DNA of 64,000 nucleotides from Dehalococcoidia bacterium. Its GTDB lineage: Bacteria > Chloroflexota > Dehalococcoidia > UBA2979. Each line of letters starts with the position of its first letter. Position 1 is the first letter of the stretch. Below the pieces are notes generated by a model. The model saw only the letters and a list, made by a program, of their open reading frames with translations, was not told the origin of the DNA and searched no databases. Below are positions 1 to 10,316 of the stretch, one piece after another. A program made the translations under genes and the position numbers. The stretch spans positions 22,284-86,283 of the forward strand of contig JBJKVL010000010.1 in assembly GCA_045562675.1 (NCBI GenBank). Reading direction: 5' to 3'.

Positions 1-1163
1 TCATTCACCTCCGCTGGATCAAGTCCGGCAATTAATGCAAAATTTCCAAGAACCATAAGTCTTTGAATATGATGAGCATAAGCATTATTCTTTGTTTCAT
101 CAATGCACTGTTTCATGCAATTCATTTGGGTATTACCTGTCCAAAAAAAATCAGGAAGTTTTCTATTTGCATTCAAATAATTTTCCTGTTCGTAGGCAGG
201 CATTTTAAGCCAGTAAACTCCTCTTATAAATTCTCTCCATCCAAGGATCTGCCTTATAAATCCTTCAACTGAATTAATAGGAGCTTGTTTTTGAACATAC
301 GCATCTTGAGCACGTTCTACACACTCCATTGGCAGCAATAGCCCTGCATTAATATACATACTCAAATGACTATGAAACATCCATGGCTCCTGAGACACCA
401 TTGCATCTTGATAGTCACCAAACACATTCAAGCGCTCTTCAATAAATTTTTCTAAAGCATCTAATGCTTGATCTCTAGTTACAGCAAAATGAAATGGCTC
501 AGATTCACCAAAATGATCATTGAAAGTTTTATTGACTATTTCGATGACTTCTTTAGTAACTTTATCTGGTTTTGCGTCGTAGTTTTTTGGAATCGAATGC
601 TTAGATTTAAAAGATTCCCTATTTTTTGAATCGAAGTTCCAAGAACCTCCAGCTGGCTTACCGTCCTCCATTAAAATATTAAATTTTTTTCTCATGCTTC
701 TATAAAAATATTCCATTCTCAAATTTTTTCTGTCTGATGCCCAATTCATAAATTCATCTTTAGAACAATAAAATCTTGTATCAGAAATAATTTCTGTTTG
801 AATGTCTAAAATAATTTCCCAGTTTAAAACATCCTGAAGTAAATTATATTCTGTAGGTTCAGTAACAATAATTTTTTCTGGCACATAAATATTAATAACC
901 CTTTTCAATTCTTCATTAATTGACTGCAAATTTGATTCATCATCAATTTTTGAATAATGAACCTTATAACCTTGTTTTCGTAATGAATTGGCAAAGTGTC
1001 TCATGGCTGAAAACATAAAAATAAGTTTCTTTTTATGATGCTTAACAGACTTAGCTTGTTCAAATGTTTCTGTCAAAACGATTATATCTTCGTCCTTGAT
1101 AACATTATGTAAACTAGATACTTCCAAGTTTAATTGATCATTAAAAATATAAATGAGTTTCAC
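1..1163 (-). CDS. cryptochrome/photolyase-family protein, FeS-BCP / (6-4)-photolyase-like ('photolyase-related protein', COG3046 type); 3' end cut by window edge
   Basis: Absent from the ORF track because it runs off the window. I translated the minus strand from GTG 1163..1161 with no stops: [17 protein letters not shown]...[28 protein letters not shown]...[17 protein letters not shown]...[18 protein letters not shown]...[29 protein letters not shown]. The GGxWNFD, WREF and [13 protein letters not shown] blocks are typical of this family. An in-frame TAG lies 4 codons upstream of the GTG. Confidence 0.75.
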   Translation of the reverse strand, partial: [387 protein letters not shown]

Positions 1164-1175
1164 AGCATGCTTTTC

Positions 1176-2402
1176 CTATCGTCTCCTAGGCGGTCTAGGT
1201 GGTGGCCTATTACTAGCTGGAAGCCCCCCAGCTGGCCCCATGCCCTGGCCTTCAGAATAATTGGATTCATCCGGAATACCGTAATAGCAATAGACAAAAT
1301 ATGGGAATCCCATATCTCCTGATCCACTTTTAATTGTAGAATGATAATGGTAGATACCGTTTGGAAAATCAGGCGTGGCACCAAAATGTCCATTGCATTG
1401 ATCGAGATCGCCAAGCCCTTCTTCATATGTATAATCGTCACTACCATTATAGCCATTAGCACCGGCATTTAATCGGTAGCTACTTGTCATCTCACGAACA
1501 GTGCCATCAGTGTCAAAACCAAAAAAACCATAAATTGGATATCCGTCAAATGCAAAACCAATTACAGGAGAATGATTTTTACTATCTAATTTATCGATAC
1601 TGTAATCATTCATACTTTCACCTGCAGAGGCGTCAGGATGCCAATGAATACAATTTGCATCATAGTGATAATGATATTCACCGCCTGGACCAGAGTGACC
1701 TCCACAAATCCCGAGTTGAATAGGCTGACGATCTTCAATAAATTTACCGTAATGTAGTGCAACTGCATCACCGCCTGGTCCTTCTTCAGGGCCATAAATT
1801 GCTACACCATTCACTGCAACCGCAACAGGGCCTCTTTCTGGTGCTATGTTATAATTATCACCCGTTATTGCAACAGGATTTAACGGTAATGACCACTCTC
1901 TATTTTGTTCAGAAGCGCAACAGCCAAAACCAGACTCTAAATCATGATTTGGAATACCTGTGGTTTTGACAACCAATTTGTCACTATTAAATATAATACT
2001 CACAGAACACTTAATATTATCAGCATAAGAAGTGGTCAAATCTTGAACTAAAATTTCTTGTCCCTCTGTGCACTGCCAAGCATCAATTAAAATACCTGCA
2101 ATAGTATTTTGTGCGTAATTAGGAACAATCGTGTTGATTATTGGGTTGGTTACCGTTGATTCTTTTTTTGTTATAGTTTTTATCTCAGTTGGTTTGACTT
2201 GCTGATTTTTCGTAGGTGTAATCGTTGTTGCTGATGTTGGTTTGGCTTGCTGATTTTGCGTAGGTGTAATCGTTGTTGCTGATGTTGGTTTGGCTTGCTG
2301 ATTTTGCGTACAACTTAAAAAAATCATAGAGCATGCTAAAAATGTTAATGAATTAATCAATACAAGCTTATTTTTTCTTAAAAACATATATAAGATATTC
2401 AT
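1176..2402 (-). CDS. secreted/lipoprotein YHYH-domain protein with N-terminal tandem repeats and Pro/Arg-rich C-terminus
   Basis: Track ORF of 408 aa. Signal/lipobox-like N-terminus (LTFLACSMIFLSC). Two YHYH motifs (GGEYHYHYD, NGIYHYHST). Repeated QNQQAKPTSATTITPT units. Tail is NRPPPRPPRRR. Confidence 0.6.
   Translation of the reverse strand: MNILYMFLRKNKLVLINSLTFLACSMIFLSCTQNQQAKPTSATTITPTQNQQAKPTSATTITPTKNQQVKPTEIKTITKKESTVTNPIINTIVPNYAQNTIAGILIDAWQCTEGQEILVQDLTTSYADNIKCSVSIIFNSDKLVVKTTGIPNHDLESGFGCCASEQNREWSLPLNPVAITGDNYNIAPERGPVAVAVNGVAIYGPEEGPGGDAVALHYGKFIEDRQPIQLGICGGHSGPGGEYHYHYDANCIHWHPDASAGESMNDYSIDKLDSKNHSPVIGFAFDGYPIYGFFGFDTDGTVREMTSSYRLNAGANGYNGSDDYTYEEGLGDLDQCNGHFGATPDFPNGIYHYHSTIKSGSGDMGFPYFVYCYYGIPDESNYSEGQGMGPAGGLPASNRPPPRPPRRR
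2191..2310. repeat. 48-bp tandem repeat, about 2.5 copies, inside the YHYH gene
   Basis: The unit ggtttggcttgctgattttgcgtaggtgtaatcgttgttgctgatgtt occurs at 2191-2238 (2 mismatches) and 2239-2286, with a partial copy at 2287-2310. It encodes the QNQQAKPTSATTITPT repeats. Confidence 0.85.
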
Positions 2403-2491
2403 TGCATCTAATTTCTATTTCTATTCATTGATATACATTGATTCCTATATAATCAAGATAAGTTTACTAAGAATTTGATAAGAAAAAATAC

Positions 2492-4336
2492 ATGAATCAC
2501 AAACTGTCACGTCAAGTTGATCTAATGCCTGAGTCTTTTGGTGTATATATGATGAAAGATGCGAGTAAAGATATTATTTATGTTGGCAAGGCTAAAAATA
2601 TTCGTAAAAGAGTAAAATCATATTTTCGTAATTCGACTCAAAATGAAAATCATAAAATTCAGTTGTTAGTTAAGGAAATAGAAGATATTGATTATTTAGT
2701 CACTGAAAATGAATCCGAAGCACTCATCCTTGAAGCAAATTTAATTCGAGAAAAAAAACCAACTTATAATATCAGACTGAAAGATGATAAAAGTTTTCCA
2801 TATCTTAAAATTGATCTCCATAATGATTGGCCACGAGTTTCAATTACGCGTAATTTACAAAACGATGGCAGTAGATATTTTGGACCATATACTTCTCCGG
2901 GATCTGCACGTAAAAATCTTGAAACAATAAATAAAATTTTTCCATGGAGATCGTGTACAAAAAAGATTACAGGTAAAGATGAGCGTCCGTGCTTAGATTA
3001 TTTTATTAAAAGATGCATTGCTCCTTGCACATCATATTGTACAAAAAAAGAATACGATGAAGTGATTCAGCAGACTATGCTTTTTCTTGAGGGTAAAACT
3101 GATCATGTCACAAAACAATTAAATCAAGAAATGAACAATGCTTCAAAAAACTTTGATTATGAGAAAGCTGCCCGCATCAGAGATCAAATTCATTCAATAA
3201 AAAAATTAGAAAAGTATTCATCCACCGTTTCCTCAACAACAGACTTGAATGCAGATGTCATTGGATTTATAAACGACAAAGGCTCTACAATTTATAATGT
3301 ACTCCATTTTCGTGGTAAGCGATTAATTAGTAATGATAGCAATCAATTAAATAATGATTTAGCGCAAGATGATCAAGAAGTATTAAGTCATTTTTTATTA
3401 CAATATTATACAAAGAAAAATTTACCTCCTCAGTACGTTTTAACAAATATTATACCTAAGCAAAAAACATTAATTGAGCAACAACTTTCACAATTTGCAA
3501 ACAAAAAAATTTCAATCATCAAACCATCACGTGGATTCAAAAAAAGATTAGTACAGCTTGCTATAGAAAATGCCAATGAGTATTTATTAAAGAAAATTTC
3601 TAGCAACATATCTGTAAATAATAATCTTGAGCAAGGATTACAAATTATTACTGATGAATTAGAACTTATCGAAAAACCAAGTCGAATTGAATGTTATGAC
3701 ATTTCTCATATTCAAGGAACAGACATTGTTGGCTCCATGGTGGTATTTGAAAATGGTAAGCCAAATACGAAGAAATACCGGAGATTCAAATTAAAGTCTA
3801 TGAATTCGCAAGATGATTATTTAGCAATAAAAGAGATTTTTACAAGACGATTAAAACGAATGCAAGAAAAAAATACTGACGATAAAAATGATTGGCATTC
3901 TAAACCAAACTTAGTGGTAATAGATGGAGGTCGAGGACAGCTCAATGCTGCGCTTGAAGTACTATTACAAACAGGCATAAAAGACATTACAGTATGCGGG
4001 CTTGCAAAGAAAAATGAAGAGATTTATGTTGCAGACCTGAATGAACCAATTAGATTACAGGCTGGTACACCAGGAATTACGCTCCTGCAAAGAATTCGTG
4101 ATGAGGCGCATCGATTTGCTATTTCATACCATCGAAATTTGCGCAGTAAAAGACAAATAAAATCTATACTCGATGATATCGATGGCATTGGTCATTTGAA
4201 AAAAAAATTGCTAATTGATAAATTTGGCTCAATAGATAAAATCAAAAAGGCGAATAAGAAAGAGCTTGCTGCAATAAATGGCATCGGAGAAATACTAGCA
4301 TCTAAGATAAAACGATCATTAAATCCACTAAAATGA
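2492..4336 (+). CDS. uvrC: excinuclease ABC subunit C
   Basis: 614 aa. N-terminal GIY-YIG (GVYMMKD...IIYVGKAKNIRKRVKSYF), UVR-domain segment (YEKAARIRDQI) and C-terminal HhH (IDGIGHLKKKLL...INGIGEILA). TGA stop. Confidence 0.95.
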   Translation: MNHKLSRQVDLMPESFGVYMMKDASKDIIYVGKAKNIRKRVKSYFRNSTQNENHKIQLLVKEIEDIDYLVTENESEALILEANLIREKKPTYNIRLKDDKSFPYLKIDLHNDWPRVSITRNLQNDGSRYFGPYTSPGSARKNLETINKIFPWRSCTKKITGKDERPCLDYFIKRCIAPCTSYCTKKEYDEVIQQTMLFLEGKTDHVTKQLNQEMNNASKNFDYEKAARIRDQIHSIKKLEKYSSTVSSTTDLNADVIGFINDKGSTIYNVLHFRGKRLISNDSNQLNNDLAQDDQEVLSHFLLQYYTKKNLPPQYVLTNIIPKQKTLIEQQLSQFANKKISIIKPSRGFKKRLVQLAIENANEYLLKKISSNISVNNNLEQGLQIITDELELIEKPSRIECYDISHIQGTDIVGSMVVFENGKPNTKKYRRFKLKSMNSQDDYLAIKEIFTRRLKRMQEKNTDDKNDWHSKPNLVVIDGGRGQLNAALEVLLQTGIKDITVCGLAKKNEEIYVADLNEPIRLQAGTPGITLLQRIRDEAHRFAISYHRNLRSKRQIKSILDDIDGIGHLKKKLLIDKFGSIDKIKKANKKELAAINGIGEILASKIKRSLNPLK

Positions 4337-4436
4337 AAAAATTGCTTACTTCAATATTTTAGTTATTGTCTACTAAAGAATTGTGTTCTATGATTTTGAT
4401 TAATAAGGATATTATTTTGAAGTCTGAGGGACTACT

Positions 4437-6657
<2,221 letters not shown>

Positions 6658-6679
6658 TTGCAATAGTTTGAGGGATTAA

Positions 6680-7711
6680 ATGAAATTAAAAATCGGAATC
6701 AATGGTTTTGGAAGAGTTGGTAGGCTTCTTTTAAGAGCTTGGGCAGAGAATGGCATGTTAGATAGAGATGATTTTGAAATAGTAGCTATCAATGGGCGAA
6801 CTGACGCAAACATGCATGCACACCTATTAAAATATGATACTGACTATGGAAGATTTCCGTTTGCAATTGATGTGCAGGATCAAAAAATTATCATTGATAA
6901 TAAAGTACACATTGATGTTTTAAATAGCGATGAACCAGAAAAAATACCTTGGGATAAATCAGGCGTTGATGTAGTAATTGAAGCAACAGGTCAGTTTCGG
7001 AAAAGAGATACTGCCTTATTACATCAAAAAAATAATGCATCTGTAAAAAAAGTTATTATTACTGCGCCTGCACAAGATGAAGATATCACAATTATAATGG
7101 GTGTTAATGATTCAGATTATGATCCAAGCAACCATCACCTAATTTCGGCTGGTTCATGTACAACAAATTGCATTGTCCCAATGATTAAAGTTTTGCATGA
7201 TAACTTTGAAATACAAGATGGGATGATGACTACGATTCACTCTTATACCAGAGATCAAAACTTGGTTGATGCCAAACATAAAGATTTACGCAGATCACGA
7301 GCAGCAGCCAGTAATATAATTCCTACTTCAACAGGAGCAGCAAGTGCAATTTCAACAATAATTCCAGAATTAGAAAATAAATTAAATGGAATTGCCTTTA
7401 GGGTGCCAACTTCAACTGTGTCAGTTGTAGATCTGGTAACAAATTTAAAAAAATCTCCTACACTTGAAGAAATCAACGCAGCATTTAAAGATGCAAGTGA
7501 CGGACCAATGCAAGGGTACTTGTCATATGAGTCTGATGAGTTAGTTTCATCAGACTTTAAGAAACATGATGCTTCATGCATATATGACAGCAAAAGTACT
7601 CTAATAGTTAATCCTTCCTTAATAAAAACGGTTGGGTGGTATGATAACGAATGGGGCTATGCATGCCGTATCATGGATCTGTGCTCCTTAATTAGTCAAA
7701 AAGAAAAATAA
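6680..7711 (+). CDS. gap: type I glyceraldehyde-3-phosphate dehydrogenase
   Basis: 343 aa. INGFGRVGR Rossmann start, catalytic SCTTNC, and WYDNEWGY near the C-terminus. Confidence 0.95.
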   Translation: MKLKIGINGFGRVGRLLLRAWAENGMLDRDDFEIVAINGRTDANMHAHLLKYDTDYGRFPFAIDVQDQKIIIDNKVHIDVLNSDEPEKIPWDKSGVDVVIEATGQFRKRDTALLHQKNNASVKKVIITAPAQDEDITIIMGVNDSDYDPSNHHLISAGSCTTNCIVPMIKVLHDNFEIQDGMMTTIHSYTRDQNLVDAKHKDLRRSRAAASNIIPTSTGAASAISTIIPELENKLNGIAFRVPTSTVSVVDLVTNLKKSPTLEEINAAFKDASDGPMQGYLSYESDELVSSDFKKHDASCIYDSKSTLIVNPSLIKTVGWYDNEWGYACRIMDLCSLISQKEK

Positions 7712-7717
7712 GTAATT

Positions 7718-8122
7718 ATGTTTGATAAATTCAAAAAAAAAGCAATCGAAAAAGCTGCAATGAAAATGATCAAAGAAGATTTCACTCTAGATGATTTTTT
7801 AAACCAGTTAAATAAACTCGGGAAAATTGGTAATTTATCAAAAGTAATGCCTGGCCTTGGAGGAACAGCGAGCAAAATGGCAATGAGTCAGATTAACGAT
7901 AAATTTATTGATAAGTGTAAATTAATTATTGAAGCAATGAATGAAGATGAAAGACGAGATCCAAAATCTATATCAAGCGAGAGAAAAAAGAGTATAGCCA
8001 CAGAAGCAAATGTCAATGTAGAAGAAGTCGATGGACTAATTAAACAATTTGAACAAGCTAAAAGAATGATGTCAATGTTGCGTAATCAAAGTACAAAAAT
8101 AAATAATAAACGAAAATTTTAA
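7718..8122 (+). CDS. stand-alone SRP54/Ffh M-domain-like protein (no NG GTPase domain)
   Basis: 134 aa, collinear with the Ffh M domain. FTLDDFLNQLNKLGKIGNLSKVMPGLGG corresponds to the FDLNDFLEQLRQMKNMGG...LPGMG type. IIEAMNEDERRDPKSISSERKKSIATEANVNVEEVDGLIKQFEQAKRMM corresponds to the AIINSMTxKER..P.II.GSRKRRIAAGSG..V..VN.LLKQF..M..MM type. It begins 7 nt after the gap stop, so there is no room for an NG domain. Confidence 0.7.
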   Translation: MFDKFKKKAIEKAAMKMIKEDFTLDDFLNQLNKLGKIGNLSKVMPGLGGTASKMAMSQINDKFIDKCKLIIEAMNEDERRDPKSISSERKKSIATEANVNVEEVDGLIKQFEQAKRMMSMLRNQSTKINNKRKF

Positions 8123-8191
8123 TATTTTTTTGTTGAACTCAGTCGCCATCGATGAAATCATGATTGCTACGTAAATTTACTGGAGAAATAT

Positions 8192-8920
8192 TTGTTAAAA
8201 ATAAGATTAAGAAGAGTTGGAAGAAGCAAACAGCCTTTGTACAGAGTTGTAATTGCAGAACATACCGCACCAAGAGATGGTAGGTTTGTAGAGATAGTTG
8301 GACAATACGATCCTGCATCAAAAGATAAGAATCTCAATTTAAATGAAGAAAGAATAAAATATTGGATATCTGTAGGTGCACAGCCTACTGAGACTGTTCA
8401 TAGAATTCTATTTAAACAAGGATTGTATGATATTGATCCTCCAAAAAGAATTACAGTTGAAAAAAAACCTGAGGCTGAAGCTGAGGCAGCACCTGAGGCT
8501 GAAGCTGAGGCAGCACCTGAGGCAGCACCTGAGGCAGCACCTGAGACTGAAACTGAGGCAGCACCTGAGACTGAAACTGAGGCAGCACCTGAGGCTGAAG
8601 CTGAGGCAGCACCTGAGGCAGCACCTGAGGCAGCACCTGAGACTGAAACTGAGGCAGCACCTGAGGCTGAAGCTGAGGCAGCACCTGAGGCAGCACCTGA
8701 GACTGAAACTGAGGCAGCACCTGAGGCTGAAGCTGAGGCAGCACCTGAGGCAGAACCTGAGACTGAAACTGAGGCAGCACCTGAGGCTGAAACTGAGGCT
8801 GAAACTGAGGCAGCACCTGAGGCTGAAGCTGAGGCAGCACCTGAGGCTGAAGCTGAGGCAGCACCTGAGGCTGAAGCTGAGGCAGCACCTGAGACTGAAG
8901 CTGAGACTGAGGAGAAATAA
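8192..8920 (+). CDS. rpsP: 30S ribosomal protein S16 with long acidic repetitive C-terminal extension
   Basis: TTG start 6 nt after GGAG. N-terminal ~85 aa is canonical S16 (MLKIRLRRVGRSKQPLYRVVIAEHTAPRDGRFVEIVGQYDP...YWISVGAQPTETV). It is followed by ~150 aa of PEAEAEAA / PETETEAA / PEAA units. Confidence 0.9.
   Translation: MLKIRLRRVGRSKQPLYRVVIAEHTAPRDGRFVEIVGQYDPASKDKNLNLNEERIKYWISVGAQPTETVHRILFKQGLYDIDPPKRITVEKKPEAEAEAAPEAEAEAAPEAAPEAAPETETEAAPETETEAAPEAEAEAAPEAAPEAAPETETEAAPEAEAEAAPEAAPETETEAAPEAEAEAAPEAEPETETEAAPEAETEAETEAAPEAEAEAAPEAEAEAAPEAEAEAAPETEAETEEK
8468..8914. repeat. coding tandem repeat array (12- and 24-bp units) in the rpsP 3' part
   Basis: Units are cctgaggctgaagctgaggcagca, cctgagactgaaactgaggcagca and cctgaggcagca. 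They are iterated about 20 times with essentially invariant codon choice. Confidence 0.9.
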
Positions 8921-8922
8921 CC

Positions 8923-9150
8923 TTGAAGGACTTCGTTAATTATATTGCAAAATCTTTGGTTGATAACCCTGATGAAGTTGAAGTAGAAGAAGAAGTTGTC
9001 GGTAATCGTCTAATTATTCACTTAACTGTTTCGGATGATGACAAAGGAAAAGTCATTGGTAGGAATGGTATGATTGCAAACTCTATTCGTTCATTACTAG
9101 ATATCGCTGGTAAAAAAGCTGGGGTTAGAGTTTCACTGTCTATTGAATAA
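8923..9150 (+). CDS. KH-domain RNA-binding protein (YlqC/UPF0109 family)
   Basis: 75 aa. KGKVIGRNGMIANSIRSLL is a GxxG KH motif. The conserved position between rpsP and rimM supports the call. Confidence 0.8.
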   Translation: MKDFVNYIAKSLVDNPDEVEVEEEVVGNRLIIHLTVSDDDKGKVIGRNGMIANSIRSLLDIAGKKAGVRVSLSIE

Positions 9151-9152
9151 TT

Positions 9153-9641
9153 GTGAAAAAACAAAATCTCATCGTAGTTGGTAAAATTAATGGTCCTTGG
9201 GGAATTAAAGGATTCGTAAAATTTACACCAAGTGTAAATGAACCAGGGTTATACGAAAAAAATAATATATTTTATTTAGACAATCAACAAACAGAATTGA
9301 CAGAGATAATGATCCAAAACAAGAAAAAATATTTACGATTTGAATCTATAGAAAATCGCAATGATGCAGAAAGCCTTGCAGGTAAAACGCTTGCTGTTAA
9401 TTCTCATGACTTCAAAAATATTAATTTGATTGAAAAGAAAGAAACTAGAATAGGAATGCAGGTGATTTCAAACAATTCTATTCTAGGGATGATCGAGCAA
9501 GTTATTCAAACTGGCGCAAATGATGTTTTTGTGGTGCGTACCCCTTCTGGTGAACTACTTGTACCAGATATTGCTGATTTCATTGTTTCTGTTGACGAAG
9601 AAAATAATTTGATGACAATAAAAAACGAAGATGGATTATAA
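9153..9641 (+). CDS. rimM: 16S rRNA processing protein RimM
   Basis: 162 aa with GTG start. VGKINGPWGIKGFVKF N-terminal barrel and C-terminal PRC-like segment (ANDVFVVRTPSGELLVP). Sits in the rpsP-KH-rimM order. Confidence 0.85.
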   Translation: MKKQNLIVVGKINGPWGIKGFVKFTPSVNEPGLYEKNNIFYLDNQQTELTEIMIQNKKKYLRFESIENRNDAESLAGKTLAVNSHDFKNINLIEKKETRIGMQVISNNSILGMIEQVIQTGANDVFVVRTPSGELLVPDIADFIVSVDEENNLMTIKNEDGL

Positions 9642-9701
9642 TTTTAATCTATATTGAAATAAATACTTGCGCATAGTAATAAAAACCCATACTTTAGGTC
9701 C

Positions 9702-10232
9702 ATGGAATTAGATATTAATAATCTCTTTGTAACTGATACTCAAAACAAAAGCCAATCGCTTGCTTCTATAATGTCTAAAAATATAGTTCTAATATGTATG
9801 CTTCGTCATTTTGGCTGAATTTTTTGTAAAGAACAAGCAGCTCAGTTGAGCTCTATAAAAAATGAAATAAACCAAATAGATATTGAACTAATCTTTATTG
9901 GCAGTGGTTCACCTGAACAAGCAAGATTCTTTCAAGAAGACTATAAGATAGATGCAAAAGTTTTCAGTGATCAGGAATTAATAATTTACAAAGCTCTAGG
10001 TGCAAAAAATAGCTTAATATCAAATATTACACCTGGAGTTTGGATCGCAGGCCTTAGAGCATTTTTAAATGGATTCATGCAATCAAAAACACAAGGTACC
10101 TATACGCAACAAGGTGGTGTTGCCTTGCTTACAAAAAATGGTGAAGTAGCATATTTATATCTTAGTAAATATGCAGGCGACCATATAGAACCTAGGATTC
10201 TGTTACAAAAAATAAAAAAAATAATGAGTTAA
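9702..10232 (+). CDS. peroxiredoxin-like (AhpC/TSA_2, PRXL2/SelU-type) thioredoxin-fold protein with in-frame TGA at 9816-9818 (candidate selenocysteine, UxxC)
   Basis: ATG 9702, TGA 9816 and track ORF start 9846 share one frame (offsets 114 and 30). Read-through gives MELDINNLFVTDTQNKSQSLASIMSKNIVLICMLRHFG-U-IFCKEQAAQLSSIK...TQQGGVALLTKNGEVAYLYLSKYAGDH. The RHFG(C/U)xFC motif and the later QxGG...D block are family hallmarks. Confidence 0.6.
9839..9852 (+). other. hairpin downstream of the in-frame UGA (candidate bacterial SECIS apical stem-loop)
   Basis: AGCUC-AGUU-GAGCU is a 5-bp perfect stem with a tetraloop containing G, starting 21 nt after the UGA. Flanking UUUUUGUA (9821-9828) and UAUAAAAA (9854-9861) could form a lower stem. 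Confidence 0.35.
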
Positions 10233-10316
10233 ATTATTATTTATTTTTATTTACTAATGATAGGTGTATATTAGAGATGATTAATTAGCAACATGCTGCA
10301 TTTTAGGAGGGTTTAA

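Noticed and set aside
8468-8914. Possible CRISPR array, given the regular short repeats
   Set aside because: The units are contiguous with no unique spacers, are 12 or 24 bp long, lie in frame inside rpsP, and no cas genes are present.
8376-8939. Track ORFs 8376..8939 (+, 187 aa, LRLKLRQH repeats) and 8451..8888 (-, 145 aa, QPQVLPQ repeats) overlapping rpsP
   Set aside because: They are alternative-frame and antisense readings of the same tandem DNA repeat. Only the rpsP frame links to a recognisable protein core and has a proper start context.
9816-9818. TGA reassignment (genetic code 4 or 25) as the explanation for the in-frame TGA
   Set aside because: Well-conserved genes in this window end at TGA at their expected C-termini (uvrC at 4334-4336, the SPFH gene at 11337-11339). 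TGA is therefore a functional stop in this genome.
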